This document shows positions 34,967 through 48,500 of a stretch of DNA of 64,000 nt, one piece after another. The stretch is from positions 107,634,001 to 107,698,000 of the forward strand of contig NC_058368.1 of the NCBI RefSeq assembly GCF_018350175.1. Reading direction: 5' to 3'. How positions within the stretch are numbered: the stretch's first letter is position 1; each line of letters opens with the position of its first letter. Position numbers and translations under genes: made by a program. The notes below the pieces were generated by a model, which was not told where the DNA came from, did no database searches, and saw only the letters and a program-made list of their open reading frames with translations. The DNA is from Felis catus (taxonomy: Eukaryota).

Positions 34967-36579
34967 AAAATAATTAAGCATGTTTAGAAAGACTTTCAAT
35001 TATAGGAATTAAGAGATAAAATTGTTTCCTGTGTAATTCCAAATTAACCAAAACGTAAAACAAATTGGATTTACATGCCCAAATAATCGGGAGACTTGGG
35101 TTCTTTACTTGTTTTGTCGTTAGTTAGCTGTGTACTTCTAATAAAAATATGCATTCTAGGCCTCTGTTTTCTCACTCATAAAATTAGATTGTCAAACTAA
35201 GGCCTCTGCTAGATGAAAATCCTGTTGACTAGACCATTTCCCAAACTTTCTGGAAACGTAGCGGGTCTCTGATTTCTGTCCTTCCAGATAGCAGATGACA
35301 GCAGAGATTGATTGATGCACTTTGAATTCCCTAGTGATACGAAGTCGAGAAGGAAAGAGCACATTGGATGTTGCCAGATTGAGCAAAACAAATGCTTTTT
35401 GTTACTATTGCACCTTAGGGAGGGAGAATTCTCTCCGGAGAATCTTTAGACTACTGATGTAAAATCTTTTTTTACTCAGGTAAAAACAAAAAAGTAAGTT
35501 TATGAAATCAATTTATTACCAATCTTTTAGAAGCAACTCTCATGGAATGACAATGGAAGAGAAGTTAACTTATTGTAAGTAAAATTTAATAACTGAGACA
35601 CATTGACAGGTATGAAAGGACACCTGGCCAGTGATTTATTGACAACTTCATATTGTGTGGAAACAGATGGTGGTAATAACTCTGGAAAAAGACTTGAGAT
35701 TAGAGATGAAAAATTTCCCTAAATGTGGAGATAATAAAAGGATGAGACAAAGAAATCATATTTCTTGAACTCATCAGGCACTGAAGAGATGGAAAATTCT
35801 ATCTTTCTAATTGTGTGAAAGGGGTATATGACCATAAGTAGTCCAGAGCGTCTGGTTATAGAAGAGGGCAGAAGAGCATACATCATTGGGGTTTCCTGAG
35901 AGTTTTAGTTTTAAGTACCACAGGGTGAGTTACTAGCCCTTAGCATTTTATGATATGACAGGTTAGTGAGGTTTGTTTTTGCCTTTTGGCTGCAAGAATG
36001 ATTTTATTGTCAGGGAAGAATTTCTAATAGGAAGTATTTTTCTTAATTCTTAAAAGTGAAATCTTAACAATGAGAGTTTAAGTAATGAAGTAACTTAGAG
36101 AAGAAGCTGATGGTATGAATTATCTGGCAATGTGAAAGGATGCAAGTAAAGGTTTTCATGACCTTTCGTTTCTCAGCAATACATGTTAGTATCACCTCCC
36201 CTGATAAAGGGAATACACTCCAGAGACAGACTTTTTTGTTTCAAAGTCTTTTGCCCAAGGCAGACAAGTAAAGTGCAGGTATACATATCTCACTAATTAC
36301 TAATTAATGACATGAATGTTCTTAGACAATAGAAAATACACTTCTGGAGGTCTTGGGCCAAGGGGAGTGCTTACAGAGGTAGAGAAGCGGAAGCCCAACT
36401 AGGATTGGTGTTCAAGAAGTTTAAGAAAATCAGTAAAGATAAGACCTGCGAACAGGATTACAAAGAGTGAGAAGTGATAATAGGGTGCTACTTTGCTTTG
36501 CTTTAAGTAATCGTGACAACTATAGAGGGAAACCCAGCAGGTCATAATTTAGACATTCCTCTCTGGTTCCCTATACAAT

Positions 36580-36700
36580 CGTTTATACCCTCTATCATCC
36601 ATCCAAGTTAGGAAGATCAAGTCGATTTCTCTGTAGTATTGAGATTTATCCAGCCGTTTTCCCAGTTTCACCCATTTGCTAACTGAAATTCCCTTGACAA
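36580..36700 (-). mobile_element. Possible CR1/L3 reverse transcriptase remnant
   Basis: Minus strand ttagcaaatgggtgaaactggga and translation KLGKRLD...DLIFLTW resemble CR1 FADDTKLG...DLDRLEDW. Confidence 0.35.
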
Positions 36701-37189
36701 GGCATAAGGCCTTAATTGCTGTATAACTGCAAAAAAGACTACACACCAGTTAGGAAAAACTGTAACTGAATATTTTTTCCTAAGATTACATTTGTTTATA
36801 TATGCACAGATAAAGTTGGCAGTTTCCCTGATTACCTCCCAAATCTTTTCCTTATGATGCTACTGAAATTTCTTTGATTGATGACAATATGTATTTTAAA
36901 GCTTAGGATTTCTTAGAATAACTCCTGGTAAGATAATAACAGAAGAAAATTGTTTTAACAAATCCGGAAGGATCCTTATATTGGTGTGTAGGTGTTTATT
37001 AAGTCTTAAGAATATAACTTACTGTTTTACTCTTAGATGTAATTATTCAAGGTTGCCAAAGTGTGTGTGTTGTTTGGGATGGATGTCAATGCATAATATC
37101 AGTAGCAGTTATTAAGCTTTTGCTCAAGAGAATTTGAGTATCTTTTCACTGGGATTCAGAATCCACTGATTTTACAATTCTTTCCATGA

Positions 37190-37345
37190 GCCCCATTGCT
37201 TAGTTTGGTATAAAGAGAGCCAGGTGTCACCTACATACACAGTAGGGTTGTGTTACAGAGAGAAATCTTGAGCTTAGAGAACCCAAGTCTTTTATGATGG
37301 CCAGTGAGGCTTCTTGCCCTTCGCTTTGGAGGGGAACACTACCTC
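37190..37345 (-). mobile_element. Old ERV1-type LTR fragment (MER89/MER90/MER110-like)
   Basis: Resembles the reverse complement of 58260-58355. Confidence 0.45.
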
Positions 37346-38301
37346 TGTTTGTTTTCATACTTCACTGTGTTCTTCTTGACGGCCCTGTCTAGCATAGTGG
37401 CAAAATCATTGAATCTCACATGGGGTTATCTCATCGCTTAGGTGCACTGAATTCAAATCATGTGGTATACAACTCTTGGATATGATTAAGATAGTATTCA
37501 ACTCCCACCCAGATAGTTGTGTCACCAATTTGGATTTTACATTCTTTTGACTTATAAGAAATAGAAGTATCTTCCTCCCAAATATAAAAAAACTTTGAGT
37601 TTGATGGAATCTTACATTTTCCCTCTCATGTATTTCCTATTTGTTTGAGGCACATAATTTTGCATAAGTAATATCTGAAATTTGGAGATTCATCATAGTT
37701 CTGTTTGACTTACTCTCAACTTCTAGGGTATTTGACTGGCACTAATAAAATATGTTTGTTTTCAGAGGCCCTTTAACTATAAGCTTCAGGAAATAATTTC
37801 TTTTTTAAGCTCAAGTAGCTGAGTAAAATATACCTAAAAAGGAATAATACTCATTGAGTTTGTTTTGTTTACATGAGTGACAGCTTTTCTCTCCTATCTT
37901 TCAAAAAGAATATAATTGTGAAGTGTAGTCAATAACTTCATTGAATGCTGAGTTTGTATTTCCCATTTTATCTTTTATCTGCTTTTTGGCAAATAGCTTA
38001 TAAGATTTGTTTAATATGGTTTCACAAATTTCTTGGATTCACTGATGGCTGTCTCTAAATAACTTACTGCTACCTGAAGTTATAATAAATCTGAAAGGAG
38101 CTTTAAAATTTTTTTTTATTTTTCAGTAGCAGACCTGCCATATGTTGCTATGAAATACAGCTTCAGGTTGATAGCATCTATTGTCTTACACAGAGTAAAA
38201 CATTAGAACAAAAAGGATGAAGTGAAAAGCAAGTCTCTTCTTACAGTGGGTCCCATGCTTTCTTTTTTATCAGCAACCACTCACATAAAAAAAGAATTCT
38301 G

Positions 38302-38520
38302 GGGGCGCCTGGGTGGCGCAGTCGGTTAAGCGTCCGACTTCAGCCAGGTCAAGATCTCGCGGTCCGTGAGTTCGAGCCCCGTGTCAGGCTCTGGGCTGAT
38401 GGCTCAGAGCCTGGAGCCTGTTTCCGATTCTGTGTCTCCCTCTCTCTCTGCCCCTCCCCCGTTCATGCTCTGTCCCTCTCTGTCCCAAAAATAAATAAAC
38501 GTTGAAAAAAAAAGATTAAA
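38302..38520 (+). mobile_element. Young cat-type CAN-SINE
   Basis: CpG-rich; exact TSD aaaaaaagaattctg (38287-38301 / 38521-38535). Confidence 0.97.
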
Positions 38521-38639
38521 AAAAAAAGAATTCTGTGTGTTCTTTGAGAAATTATAGACACACACACACACACACACGCATCTTTCATATAAATATTGTG
38601 AGAATTTTAAACACATACTATTTGCTTTTTATACTTTCA

Positions 38640-39450
38640 TATGATGATTTTTATTATCATTTATGTATAATAAAATGCACAGATCTTGAGTGTATAGTTC
38701 AATGATTTTTGAGAATCGCATACACCTGTGAAATCAACACCTAAATAATGATCAAAAGAACATTTTCGTAACTCCAGAAAATTCTTGCATGCTCCTTTCA
38801 CATCACTTCCTCTGGGTGTTCAAACATTCTTTAATTTCTGTCACCACGATTAATTTTGCCTGTTCTTACAGTTCACATAAATAGAATCATGCTCACGAAG
38901 AGACAGTATTTTTGTTAACATTTGTTGTTTTAGGCTTTGAATTTTAGTTTTGTGCATGGTATTATGATAGGGATCTGTTAAAATTTTCTAAAACGTTAAC
39001 AAATAGATATTTTAGGATAGTCTATCCTTTTCCCATTGATTTATTGAGACATACTACCCATGTTTTATTCCAGTTTTTCATAGAGAGCAGTTCTTTTCTG
39101 GATCCTCTGGTGTGATCATTATCGTACACTAATTACTATAGTTCGAAATAGGTCTTATGTATACTAAGACAAATCCTATCACCTTTCTTTACTTCAAAAT
39201 TATCTTCAACATTCTTAATTTTTTATACTCCAGTGGATTTGGTGACAGCTTACTGAATTCTGTGTAAAACAATTTTAAAAAATAAATTATTTGGAAAAAT
39301 TCAGCATGTATACAATGCTAAGTTTCCCATACCTGAATGTGGTGTAGCTGTTCACTCATTCAAGTCATCTTCTATGGTCTTTAAAAGCATTCTACTCCTT
39401 AAAAGTATTGCACATATGTTAGATGTGTCCCTTGATAATTTATATGCTTT
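38640..39450 (-). mobile_element. Ancient L1ME-like fragments
   Basis: aaatgcacagatcttgagtgtatagttcaatga... antisense L1M 3' UTR, then degenerate ORF2. Confidence 0.6.
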
Positions 39451-39454
39451 GTTC

Positions 39455-39964
39455 TGTGGTAGGCAAAATAATGGATTCCCAAAGATAACCGTGTCCTATC
39501 TTCCAGAATCGATGAACATGTTAGGTTCCATGGCAAAGGGGACTTAAGGCTACAGATGAAAATAAGGTTGCTGATCAGCTGACCTTAAGATGTGGAGGTT
39601 ATCCTGGATCATCTGGATGGACCTAATATAATCATGGGGCACTTTAAAAACAGAACAGAGAAGTAGAAGAGAGATCAGGGGTGTGATGACAAAAACAACT
39701 CAAAGTGATTAAATATGAGAAGGATATTGTTATTTCTGCCTGTGATGATGACGAGGTCCATGAACCAAGGACTGCGGGCAGTATCTGAAAGGTGGGAAAG
39801 TCAAGGAAGTAAATTTTCCCCTTTCTCCAGAAAGGAATGCAGCTCTGCTGACACCTTAATTTTTGTCCACTGAGACCCATGTTGGACTTAGAGCCTCTGC
39901 GACTGCATGATACTAAGTGGTATGGTTTAAGCCACTAGGTTGTGGTATCTAGGAAACTAATACA
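39455..39964 (+). mobile_element. MaLR solo LTR (MLT1D-like)
   Basis: tgtggtaggcaaaataatgg...catggcaaagggg...aaggttgctgatcagctgacctt...ggaaactaataca; TG...CA ends. Confidence 0.88.
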
Positions 39965-40533
39965 CACTTCCATCAGTCGTTGTATCTTTATTTCTCTTAC
40001 ACTTTCCAATTTTCTATTTGGTTATTGTCAGTATATAAGAAAAACATTTATTTTTGTGTGTTATAGGGTATCCGTAATTATATTTCCCATTCGATTTGTA
40101 ATTTTACCGAAGGTAATAAAATACTCAAATAAAGACAAAAAAAAGAAAATGGAGAAATTAAAGAATTATAAAACAAAGAAACAAAGGGGAGAAGTGGAAA
40201 TATAAAACCTAATTCTTTGAAAAGTAACTATAATAGACAAACTTCTAACAAATATGATCAAGAGAATAAGAGAAAGCCTATCATATGTGCATATATGTCA
40301 TATATATGATATGTGTATATACCTCACTTCATAGACAAAAATTAATTTAAGAAGCCTTTATATTATAAATATAATAAGAAATATATGTATATTATGGAAT
40401 TTATAAATATACATGTGCAGAATCAAAAAGGAATCAAAATGAGCTATATAATAATTTATATATGTTGTATTACAAAAGACATACACATCACCAAAATATA
40501 AATGATTCTACAATTGAAAATATCTGTGATACA

Positions 40534-43500
40534 CAATGATTGGAAGATGGCGATGGAGTGGGCAGACCCTAGGCTCGTCTCATCCCACAAACACAACACA
40601 CAACAAGATAACTTTCCAATCATCCTGCAATCCCAAATCAACCTGAAGACTGGCAGAACAAACTTCACAACTAAAGGGAGAGAAGAAGCCACATCGAAGA
40701 AGGTAGAAATTGCACAGATGTGGTTTAGAGGAGACACATATTGTGGGTGCTGTAGAGGGGAACGAGCCACAGTCACAGAGGAGGGCAAGAGAGAGAGGAA
40801 CACAAAGGGAACGCACAAGGAGAAAATTTCCCCAAAGCCATAGCTGGGAAAACGTGAAGGGCTGATTTTTGTGAGTTCTTGCTACCTGTGGGGCTTAAAG
40901 GCTGGGGTTTGAAAGGTCAACAGGCTTGGTGGAGATAGAGCACAGAGGGCACAGTGCTGCTCCTGGAGAAAAGGGAGGCAAAAAACCTGGAGGCAGGGTG
41001 GAAACAGCAATCTGAAAAAAGCCTGCAACACACAGCAGGGAGATTAGAGCTCTCCTCACAGTGCTTCCCTGAGGGGCAGTGCTCCTGAAGGTAACTCTTC
41101 TAGGGACAAAAAGCTGAGCCACCTGCAGGAAGCAGTGTAGCACCAACATAGGCTGCCGCACTTGCTTACACCACACCCTGCACTCCTGCCCTCTGTGGGG
41201 CAGCCCTTCTCACTCAAACTTGCCTCAGTCCCAGCACTGCAGACTCCTTACCCAGAAAACCAGCAAAAACCCCTGCCCACACAACATCTCCCAAATAGAG
41301 AGTTCTGCAGGGCTTTAGTTCTAGTGAAAGTAGCATCAGGTATCATTTAACAAGCAGAACAGAGCACACCTAGTAAAATTTGCCACATTCTGAACAAACA
41401 CCAAACACTTCCCACTGCAGGCAAGGAAGAGCCTCTGTAGACAACCAGCCTGAAGGATGCAGCAGCCAAAGCACAACAGCAGAGAGAACACAGCACACAC
41501 CAGAGATACTCCCTGGAGAGCCATTCCCTGGACGATACATAACCTGTTCTTCATAAAGCCGTTACTCCCAGGAGCAGGAAACATAACAGGATTTTCTAAC
41601 ACAGAGAAGAAGGCAGAGACCGACAAGATGCCATCGTGGAGGAACTCATCCCAAATGAAAGAACAAAATAAGGTGACTTCCAAAGATCTAAGCAAAACAG
41701 ATATAAGTAACATGCCTGATGGTGAAATTAAAACCGTAATCATAAGGATACTCACTGGGCTTGAGAAGAGAATGGAAGACTAGGGGAGACTTTTATCACA
41801 GAGATAAAGGGGTTTAAAAAGAATCAGTCAGAAATAAAGAATGCAATAATGAGATTGGAAACAGGCTTGATGCAATGAACAGCAGGCTGGAAGAAGCAGA
41901 GGAATGAATAGGTGACAGAGAAGACAAAATAATGGAAAATAATGAAGCTAAACCAAAGAGAGAAAGAATTGTAGAACACGAGAATAGACTTAGAGAACTC
42001 AGTGACTCCATCAAACATAATAATATTCGTATCATAGGAATCCTAGAAGAGGAAGAGAAAGAAAAAGGTGAAGAAAATTTATTTGAGGAAATAATAATTG
42101 AAAACTTTCCTAACCTGGGGATGGAAACGGACTTCTAGAGACACAGAGAACTCCCATCAAAATCAACAAAAGCAGGCCAACACCAAGACCTATTGTAATT
42201 AAATTTGCAAAATACATTGATAAAGAAAAAATCTTAAAAGAAGCCAGACCACAAAAGTCTTTAGCCTACAAGGGAAGACTCATAAGGCTATATGCAGATA
42301 TCTCAACAGAAACTTTGCAAGCCACGAGGGAGTTGCATGATATACTCAAAGTGCTGAGTGAGGAAAACCTGCAGCCAAAAATACTCTATCCAGTAAGGCT
42401 GTCAGAACAGAAGGATAGGTAAAATTTCCCAGATACATAAGACTAAAGGAGCTCGTGACTACTAAACCAGCCTTGCAAGCAATATTAAAGGGAGCCCTTT
42501 GAGTGGAAAGGAGAGACCAAAAATGACAAAGACAAGAAAGGATCAGAGAAAACCTCCAGAAACAATATGAAATAAGTAATAAAATGGCACTAAATACATA
42601 TCAAACAATAATTACTCTAAATGTGAGTGGACAAGGGGTGCCTGGGTGGCTCAGTTGGTTAAGCCTCTGACTTTGGCTCGGGTCATGATCTCATGGTGCA
42701 TGAGTTCGAGCCCCCATTGGGCTCTGTGCTGACAGCTCAGAGCCTGGAGCCTGCTTTAGATCCTGTGTCTCCCTCTCTGTCTGGCCCTCTTCCGCTTGTA
42801 CTGTATCTCCAAAATGGATAAGAACATTAAAATTTTTTTAAAAAAATAATAAATAAATGTGAGTCGACTAAATGCTCCAATCAGAAGACATAAGGTGTCA
42901 TAATGGGTAAACAAATAAGACCTATCTATATGCTACCTACGAGGGATTCATTTCAGATCTAAAGACCCCTGGAGATTGTACATGAGGGGATGGAGAAGCA
43001 TTTATCATGCAAATGGTTTTCAAAAGAAAGCCAGAGTAGCAATATTTATATTGGGCAATCTAGACTTTAAACAAAGACTGTAAAAAGAGACAAAGAAGGC
43101 ATTATATAACAATTATAAATACTTATGTACCCAATATGAAAGCACCCAAATATGTAAAACAATAAAAAATAGAAAGGAACTAATTGATAGTAACACAAAA
43201 ATAGTAGGCAAGTTTAACACCCCACTTACAGCAAAGAACAGATCATCTAAGCAGAAAATCAACAAGGAAACAATGGCTTTGAATGACACACTATACTAGA
43301 TGGACAGATATAATCAGAACATTGCTTCCTAAAAGAACAAGAAACACATTCTTTTCAAGTGCACATGAGACATTATCCAAAATGGGCCACATATTAGGTT
43401 GCAAAACAGTCCTCAACAAATACAAAAAGATTCAAATCATATGATGCACCTTTTCTGACTAAAACACTATGAAACTAGACATCAGCCATAAGAAAATTTG

Positions 43501-45583
43501 GAAAGACCACAAATACATGGAGGTTAAACAACATGCTACTAAACAATGATTGCCATAGCAGTCAAACAACAAAAAGAAGTAAAAGGCATCCAAATCAGCA
43601 AGGAAGAAGTCGTGTGTTCACTGTCTGCAAATGACATAGTTCTGTATACAGAAAATCCAAAATGAAATTCTATCGAAAAATTGCTAGAACTGATACACAA
43701 ATTCATTGAAGTTGCAGGATACAAAACCAACATACAAAAATCTGTTGCATTCCTATACACTAATAATGAAGCGGTAGAAATTGAAATTAAGAAAACAATC
43801 CCATTTACAATTGCTCCAAAAATAATAAAATATCTAGGAATAAACTTAACCAAATAGGTGACAGATCTGTACTCTGAAACACTTATGAAAGAAATTGAAG
43901 AGGGCATAAAGAAATGGAAAGACATTCCATGCTTATGGATTGGAAGAATAAATATTGTTAAAGTGTCTATATTACCCAAAGCAATCTGCAGATTTAATGC
44001 AATCTCTATCAAAATACCACTAGCATTTTTCACAAGCTAGAACAAACAATCCTAAAATTTGTATGGAACCACAAAAGACCCCAAACAGCCAAAGTAGTCT
44101 TAAAAAAGAAAGGCAAAGCTGGAAGCATTACAATTCCAGACTTCAAGTTATATTGCAAAACTTTAGTAATCAAAACAATACAGTACTGGCACAACATAGA
44201 CACATAGATCAATGGAACAAATAGAAAATTTGATAAAATGAACCCACAGCTTTATGGTCAATCAGTCTTTGACAAGGCAGGAAAAAATATCCACTGGAAA
44301 CAAGACAGTCTCTTCAATAAATGTTGTTGGTGATGGCAACATGCAAAAGAATGAAACTGGACCACTTTCTTATATCATACACAAAAATAAATAGATTAAA
44401 CACCTAATTTGAGACATGAGGCCATTAAAATCCTAAAGCCAAAAACAGGCTTTATGACACAAGCTTTATGACATGGGCCATAGCAACTTCTTACTAGATA
44501 TGTCTCCTGAGGCAAGGGAAACAAAAGCAAAAATAACAAAGGAAAAACCTCTGCACAGTAAAGGAAAAAAATCAAAACTAGAAGTCAACCTTCAGAATGG
44601 CAGAAGATATTTGCAAATAAAGTATCTGATAAAGGGTTAGTATCCAAAATCTATAAAAAAAAAACATAAAACTCTACACCTGAAACATTAATAATCCAGT
44701 TTAAAAATTGGTAGAAGACACCAATAGACATTTCTCCAAAGAGGACATACGGATGGCTAAGAGACACATCAGAAGATGCTCAACATCATTCATCATCAGG
44801 GAAACACAAATAGAAACTACAATGAGATGCCACCTCACACCTGTCAGAATGGCTAAAATCAACAACACAAGAAACAACAGGTATTGATGAGGATGTGACA
44901 AAAGAGGAATGCTCATGCATGGTTGGTGTGAATGCAAACAGGTGCAGCCAGTTCTAAAACAGTATGGAGTTTCCTCAAAGAGTTAAAAATAGAACTACCC
45001 TATCATTCAGTAATTGCACTACTAATATTTACCCAAAGAATAAAAAGATACTAATTCAAAGGGATACATCCACTCTGATAATTACAGCAGCATTATCTAC
45101 AGTTGCGAAACTATGGAAACAGCTCAAATGTCAATAAAGCAATAAATGGATAAAGAAGACGTGGTATTTATAAAATGGAAAGTTTTCAGCCATACACTAT
45201 GAAACCTTGCCATTTGCAACAGCGTGGATGGAACTAAAGAGTATTATGCTAAGCGAAGGAAGTCATTCAGAGAAAGACATATACCATATGATTTCTCTCA
45301 TACGTGGAATTTAAGAAACAAAACAAATGAGGGGTGGGGGGGAAGAAAGAAAAAGAGTCAAACCAAGGAATAGACTCTTAACTATAGAGAATGAACTGAT
45401 GGTTACCAGAAGAGAGGTGGGTGGTGGCAAGGGTGAAATAGGTGATTGGATTAAAGAGAGCACTTGTGATGAGCACCGGGTGTTGTATGGAAGTGTTGAA
45501 TCACTATACTGGCCCCTGAAACTCCTATTACACCGTATTTTAACTCACTGAATTTAAATTTTAAAAAAGATTACATAAAATAA
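40534..45583 (+). mobile_element. Carnivore L1 with 5' UTR, decayed ORF1 (41628-42502), ORF2 from 42584 with ~1.23-kb internal deletion, and 3' UTR
   Basis: 5' ggaagatggcg start, ORF1 and ORF2 peptides in the ORF track, TSD gaaaatatct(gt)gataca (40516-40533 / 45584-45599). Confidence 0.95.
42635..42853 (+). mobile_element. CAN-SINE inserted at the start of L1 ORF2
   Basis: TSD taaatgtgagt(g/c)gac. Confidence 0.96.
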
Positions 45584-48500
45584 GAAAATATCTGATACAT
45601 ATTAAAGATAAGAGAATTAAGTATCCTTAATATATAGAGTCCCTAGGTTTGTATAAATCAAGCACATGTTTAATATAAGAGACTGTTCAAACAAAGTGTA
45701 TATATGTATGTACATATTACATATATAACCTTCATATATAAACAATGTATAAAACTTTCCACCATGCAGTTCTCATTTCTTTTCTTTTTTTTTTCTTTTG
45801 TTTTTTGTTTTTTGAGGTCCATGTAAGAGTTAACTTTATTGATTCAGAAAGATTTAAGTATAGGAAAATTTTTTTTATTTTATTTTTTATTTTTTTAAAT
45901 TTACATCCAAATTAGTTACCATATAGTGCAACAATGATTTCAGGAGTAGATTCCTTAATGCCCCTTATCCATTTAGCCCATCCCCCTCCCACAACCCCTC
46001 CAGCAACCCTCAGTTTGTTCTCCATATTTATGAGTCTCTTCTGTTTTGTACCCCTCCCTGTTTTTATATTATTTTTGTTTTCCTTCCCTTATGTACATCT
46101 GTTTTGTCTCTTGAAGTCCTTAAATGATATTTGTCTTTCTCTGACTAATTTCTCTTAGCATAATACCCTCCAGTTCCATCCATGTAGTTGCAAATGGCAA
46201 GATTTCATTCTTTTTGATTGCCGAGTAATATTCCACTCTATGTATACCACATTTTCTTTATCCATTCATTCATCCATCGAGGGACATTTGGGCTCTTTCC
46301 ATACTTTGGCTATTGTTGATAGTGCTGCTATAAACATGGGGGTGCATGTGTCCCTTCAAAACAGCACACCTGTATCCTGTGGATAAATGCCTAGTAGTGC
46401 AATTGCTGGGTCATAGGGTAGTTCTATTTTTAATTTTTTGACAAACCTCCATACTGTTTTCCAGAGTGGCTGCACCAGCTTGCATTGCCACCAACAGTGC
46501 AAAAGAGATCCTCTTTCTCTGCATCCTCGCCAACATCTGTTGTTGCCTGAGTTGTTAATGTTAACCATTCTGACAGGAGTAAGGGGGTATCTCATTGTGG
46601 TTTTGATTTGTATTTCCCTGGTGATGAGTGATGTTGAACATTTTTTCATGTGTTGGTTGGCGATCTGGATGTCTTCTTTGGACAAGTGTCTATTCATGTC
46701 TTTTGCCCATTTCTTCACTGGATTATTTGTTTTTTGGGTGTTGAGTTTGAGAAGTTCTTTGTAGATTTTGGATACTAACCCTTTATCTGATATGTCATTT
46801 GCAAATATCTTCTCCCATTCTGTCGGTTGCCTTTTAGTTTTGCTGATTGTTTCCTTCTCTGTGCAGAAGCTTTTTATTTTGATGACATCCCAGTAGTTCA
46901 TTTTTGCTTTTGTTTCCCTTGCCTTCAGAGACGTGTTGAGTAAGAAGTTGTTGTGGGCAAGATCAAAGAAGTTTTTGCCTGCTTTCTCCTCGAGTATTGT
47001 GATGGCTTCCTGTCTTACATTGAGGTCTTTTATCCGTTTTGAGTTTATTTTTGTGTATGGTGTAAGAAAGTGGTCCAGGTTCCTTCTTCTGCATGTCGCT
47101 GTCCAGTTTTCCCAGCACCACTTGCTGAAGAGACTGTCTTGATTCCATTGGATATTCTTTCCTGCTTTGTCAAAGATGACTGGGCCATACCTTTGTGGGT
47201 CCATTTCTGGGTTCTTGATTCTATTCCATTGATCTGAGTGTCTGTTCTTGTGCCAGTACCATACTATCTTGAAAGCTTTGTAGTATAGCTTGAAGTCTGG
47301 GATTGTGATGCCTCCTGCTTTGGTTTTCTTTTTCAAGATTGCTTTGGCTATTCATGGTCTTTTCTGGTTCCATACAAATTTTAGGATTATTTGTTCTAGC
47401 TCTGTGAAGAATGCTGGTGTTACTTTGATAGGGATTGCGTTGAATATGTAGATTGGTTTGGGTAGTAATGACTTTTTAACAATATTTGTTCTTCCTATCC
47501 AGGGGCATGGAATCTTTTTCCATTTCTTTGTGTCTTCTTCAATTTCTTTCATAAGCTTTCTATAATTTTTGGTGTATAGATTTTTCACCTCTTTGATTAG
47601 ATTTATTCCTAGGTATTTTATGGTTTTTGGTGCAACTGTAAATGGGATCAATTCCTTGATTTCTCTTTCTGTTGCTTCATTCTTGGTGTATAGAAATGCA
47701 ACCGATTTCTGTGCATTGATTTTATATCCTGCAACTTTGCTGAATTCATGAATCAGTTCTAGCAGTTTTTTCGTGGAACTTTTTGGGTTTTCCATATAGA
47801 GTACCCTGTCATCTGCGAAGAATGAAAATCTGACCTCCTCCTGGACGATTTAGATGCCTTTTATTTCTTTGTGTTGTCTGATTACAGAGGCTAAGACTTC
47901 CAGTACTGTGTTGAGTAACAGTGGCGAGAGTGAACATCCCTGTCTCGTTCCTGACCTTAGGGGGAAAGCTCTCAGTTTTTCCCCGTTGAGGATGATAGCG
48001 TTGGTTCGCTCGTATATGACTTTTATCATCTCGAGGTATGATCCTTCCATCCCTACTTTCTTGAGGGTTTTTATCAAGAAAGGATACTGTATTTTGTCAA
48101 ATACTTTCTCTGCATCTATTGAGAGGATCATATGGTTCTTGTCCTTTCTTTTATTGGTGTGATGAATCATATTAATTGTTTTGCGGATGTTGAACCAGCC
48201 CTGCATCCCAGGTATAAATCCTGCTTGGTCCTGGTGGATAATTTTTTTAATGTATTGTTGGAGCTGGTTGGCTAATATCTTGTTGAGGATTTTTACATCA
48301 TGTTCATCAGGAAAATTGGTCTATAGTTCTTTTTAGTGGGGTCTCTGTCTGGTTTTGGAATCAAGGTAATGCTGACCTCATAGAAAGAGTTTGGAAGTTT
48401 TCCTTCTATTTCTATTTTTTGAAACAGTTTCGAGAGAATAGGTGTTAACTCTTCCTTAAATGTTTGGTAGAATTCCTCTGGAAAGCCATCTGGCCCTAGA

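Noticed and set aside
35280..35480. Acceptor- and donor-like motifs around a short ATG ORF (MHFEFPSD...)
   Set aside because: No frame stays open to the donor and no recognisable protein; may still be conserved non-coding DNA
38127..38166. Candidate 40-nt micro-exon after a long polypyrimidine tract
   Set aside because: Weak donor (GTTGAT) and no recognisable coding content
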